A DNA stretch of 64,000 nucleotides from Podarcis bocagei (Eukaryota): the NCBI GenBank assembly GCA_964188305.1, contig OZ076892.1; one strand, 5' to 3'. The translations under genes and the position numbers were made by a program. Under the pieces are notes generated by a model, which saw only the letters and a list, made by a program, of their open reading frames with translations, was not told the DNA's origin and searched no databases. Shown in pieces: positions 61,701 to 64,000 of this stretch (positions are counted from its first letter, which is position 1; each line of letters begins with the position of its first letter).

Positions 61701-62346
61701 GGCAGCGGCGCTTTGCCTCTCGCTATTGTCTGCCAGGCTAATCAGCTGTGCAGAGCCCCACTGAGAATTCCATGGGAAAATTCCTTTGGATGGAAGCAGA
61801 GGAATAATCCACAGGTCACAGGCGAGAGTTGCCATGGATCAAATTCCCTGCTGTCTCTCTTTGCCCGCCAGGCATTAGAATCAAAGGCATCGCTGGGAGC
61901 TGAAAGAGCAGAGAGAGCCACCTCCCTCCCGCCCACCCCCCCCTCCCGCCGCAACTCCATTTGCCGTGTTTAAGCTTGCTTTTTTGGATGGTGTTGAAAA
62001 AATAAAAGGGGGGGGGATGAATCCAATGGCAAAGAGCCCTTGGCATAGCTGCAGCTCCAGCTGCTGCAAGGGTCTTTGTCTGCCATGGGAATGGGGGACC
62101 TGGAGAGGCCTTTCCGTCACAGAGCCGCTGAATGGGGCACTCAAGGATCTCTCGGGGTGCCAACTTGCCCAAGTGTCTGGGCAGGCACGGATGTCATGTT
62201 TGAGTGAAGCAGAAAAGTGGTCGTTTCTCCAGGAGAAGCAGAACTGGGAAAGGGTAGCCGGGCTGTTTCCAGCAATCTCCAGTCTTCAGGGACTGTTAAA
62301 TAATGATGCCCGACTCCTACCTGGAGCGGGAAGTTCCTTGCACTTA

Positions 62347-62857
62347 GGGCACATCTAGAGTTGCCACCTTTGTTATGGCAAAATTCAGGACAGGGTGGGG
62401 CAGGGCAGTTGGGGGACGATCCCCCCCCCATCTGAATTTCTACATCTGTCTGTGCTTGGCTACGCAAAGCTTAAATACATGACCTTTCACACACCCTTTC
62501 AAACACATTCATTTGTAGAGGATCCCTAACTTGGCAGAGAGAAGACCTGAAATACAGGCCAAAACTGTATCAATACAGGATGTAGCATTTTACATTGAAA
62601 TACGGGACAATCCTGTATTTTACAGAACAGGTGGCAAGCCTATCATCCATACCATACATTTAAAGCACTATGGTACCACTTCGAACAGTCGTGGCTTCCC
62701 CGCCCCTCAAGAATTTTAGGAACTGTAGTTTGTTAAAGGTGTTGAGAGTTGCTGGGAGACCCCTGGTTTCTTCACAGAACTACAGTTCCCATAATTCCCT
62801 GGGAAGAGGGATTGGTTGTTAAACCAACCTTGAATTTTGTAGCCCTGGGCAGGGAAC

Positions 62858-62901
<44 letters not shown>

Positions 62902-63006
62902 TTGGTACCCTTAACAAACTACAGCTCCCAGGATTCTTTGGGAAGGGAAGCTCTGTCTTTTTAAAGTGCTATCATAGGGCTTTAAATGCATGGCATGAAT
63001 CTTGCC
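62347..63006. mobile_element. PIF/Harbinger-like palindromic MITE containing a nested TAG(A/G)GTTGCCA-type element (62356-62642)
   Basis: TTA flanks (62344-62346, 63007-63009) and long inverted arms (ccatacatttaaagc / gctttaaatgcatgg). A half-copy lies at ~61128-61230. Confidence 0.6.
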
Positions 63007-63111
63007 TTAGGCTTGTTCACACATGGCACTGAACAAGCGGTGCTTAGTCATGTGCAAGTGAAAGGGTGCACACTTGCTAGTTTGCACAGCCGGCCTGAAA
63101 CGCTCGTCCTG

Positions 63112-63199
63112 AAAGCGAGATGAGCGCCACAACCCCATAGTTGCCTTTGATTGGACTTAACTGTCCAGGGGTCCTATACCTTTTTTCTTTTACCTTTAC
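63112..63199 (+). mobile_element. Sauria-type SINE 3' fragment
   Basis: aaagcgagatgagcgccacaacccc...caggggtcc...tacctttac matches the 3' end of the copy at 20131. Confidence 0.75.
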
Positions 63200-63389
63200 T
63201 ACACACATTCACGTGCACACCCAGACGTGGTTCACAAACATTTTCCAGCCAGGCAAAAATGTTGTTGTGCAAACCAGGGCCAGTGGAGAGTATGGCCTGG
63301 AGAGAGGGGGGAATTACTGGGGAGAGTTCCATGGGTCAGACAGAGAGGTCCAGAGAGTCCCTTGGCTTAAGGTCTTAAGACTACAAAGA

Positions 63390-63492
63390 TGCTGCTTATG
63401 AGCATCCTGTAGGCATCTGACTGGCCACTGTGAAAACCAGATGCTGGACTAAATGGGCCACTGGCCTGATTCAGCAGGCTTTTCTGATGTTC
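63390..63492 (+). mobile_element. CR1-type 3' UTR remnant just upstream of the FOXO6 acceptor
   Basis: tggccactgtg...atgctggactaaatgggccactggcctgattcagcaggct. A similar remnant lies at 4410-4515. Confidence 0.65.
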
Positions 63493-63589
63493 TTCTGATA
63501 ACTTTGAAAGTTTGGAGGCATTGGCTGCTGGCACTGGTGGCCTTGTGTGAGGGTACAGTGGGCTTGGGCTGCTTCTCTGGCTGGTATTG

Positions 63590-63628
63590 ATGGGGGTCTT
63601 CTTCTTTTGTCTCCCACTCTGTCTGCAG
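63590..63628 (+). promoter_or_regulatory. 3' splice acceptor of FOXO6 exon 2
   Basis: tcttcttcttttgtctcccactctgtctgcAG directly before AAC TCG ATC CGG. Confidence 0.93.
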
Positions 63629-64000
63629 AACTCGATCCGGCACAACCTGTCTCTGCACACCCGCTTCATCCGCGTGCAGAACGAGGGCACGGGCAAGAGC
63701 TCCTGGTGGATGCTGAACCCCGAAGGGGGCAAAACCGGCAAGACGCCCCGTAGGCGAGCCGTCTCCATGGACAACAACAGCAAGTTCCTGCGGATCAAGG
63801 GCAAAGCCAGCAAGAAAAAGCAGCTGCAGGCAGCCCAGGAGCGTGGAGAGGAGAGCCCGGCCAGCCAGCAGGCCAAGTGGTCAGAGAGCCCTAACTCCCA
63901 TGCGAGCGAGGAGTACGACGCTTGGGCCGACTTCCGGACGCGGGCCAACTCCTCGGCCAGCACCTTGAGCGGGCGCCTCTCCCCCATCATGGCCAACCAC
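63629..64000 (+). CDS. FOXO6: Forkhead box protein O6, coding exon 2 (partial; continues past the window end)
   Basis: Polypyrimidine tract ending gtctgcAG (63627-63628), then a phase-0 open frame: NSIRHNLSLHTRFIRVQNEGTGKSSWWMLNPEGGKTGKTPRRRAVSMDNNSKFLRIKGKASKKKQLQAAQERGEESPASQQAKWSESPNSHASEEYDAWADFRTRANSSASTLSGRLSPIMANH. This is the C-terminal half of the FoxO forkhead domain, split at the conserved WK|NSIRH intron. HTRFIRV, KTGKTPRRRAVSMD and KFLRIKGKASKKKQLQ are FOXO6-type residues. The ORF track misses it because it has no start codon. Confidence 0.95.

Larger units (their letters stand above)
1..63628 (+). other. FOXO6: Putative FOXO6 intron 1 (3' part; exon 1 not seen in window)
   Basis: No FoxO exon 1 or other recognisable host exon upstream of the acceptor. 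FoxO genes have a long intron at this forkhead position. Confidence 0.8.

Noticed and set aside
63367-63996. 209-aa minus-strand ORF
   Set aside because: Antisense shadow of the GC-rich FOXO6 exon plus a CR1 remnant, with no independent coding signal.

Overview
Vertebrate genomic DNA. The repeat set (Sauria-type SINE, Bov-B/RTE, CR1, L2, CORE-type and tRNA SINEs, Tc1/mariner, hAT and Harbinger-like MITEs) points to a squamate, probably a lacertid lizard. The only host coding sequence I can support is the start of FOXO6 coding exon 2 (+ strand, from 63629, running off the window end). The preceding ~63.6 kb is best read as FOXO6 intron 1, which mixes transposon debris with repeat-free candidate enhancers. 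Nearly all ORFs in the supplied track are spurious. The most notable observations are: (1) a 604-bp solo LTR whose presumed U3 is almost entirely an intact 126-aa ORF with an acidic N-terminus and an RRS(A)xL arginine-rich C-terminus; (2) three SINEs with different tRNA heads (Ile, Lys, Asn) on the same CR1 3' tail, with a matching CR1 end in the window; (3) a Bov-B + DNA-MITE chimera enclosed by a single target-site duplication (TSD); (4) a FOXO6 that keeps the third Akt/CK1/DYRK1A phospho-cluster missing from mammalian FOXO6; (5) a candidate recursive splice site. Repeat family names come from recognition by eye, not from a database search, and boundaries of degraded repeats are approximate.
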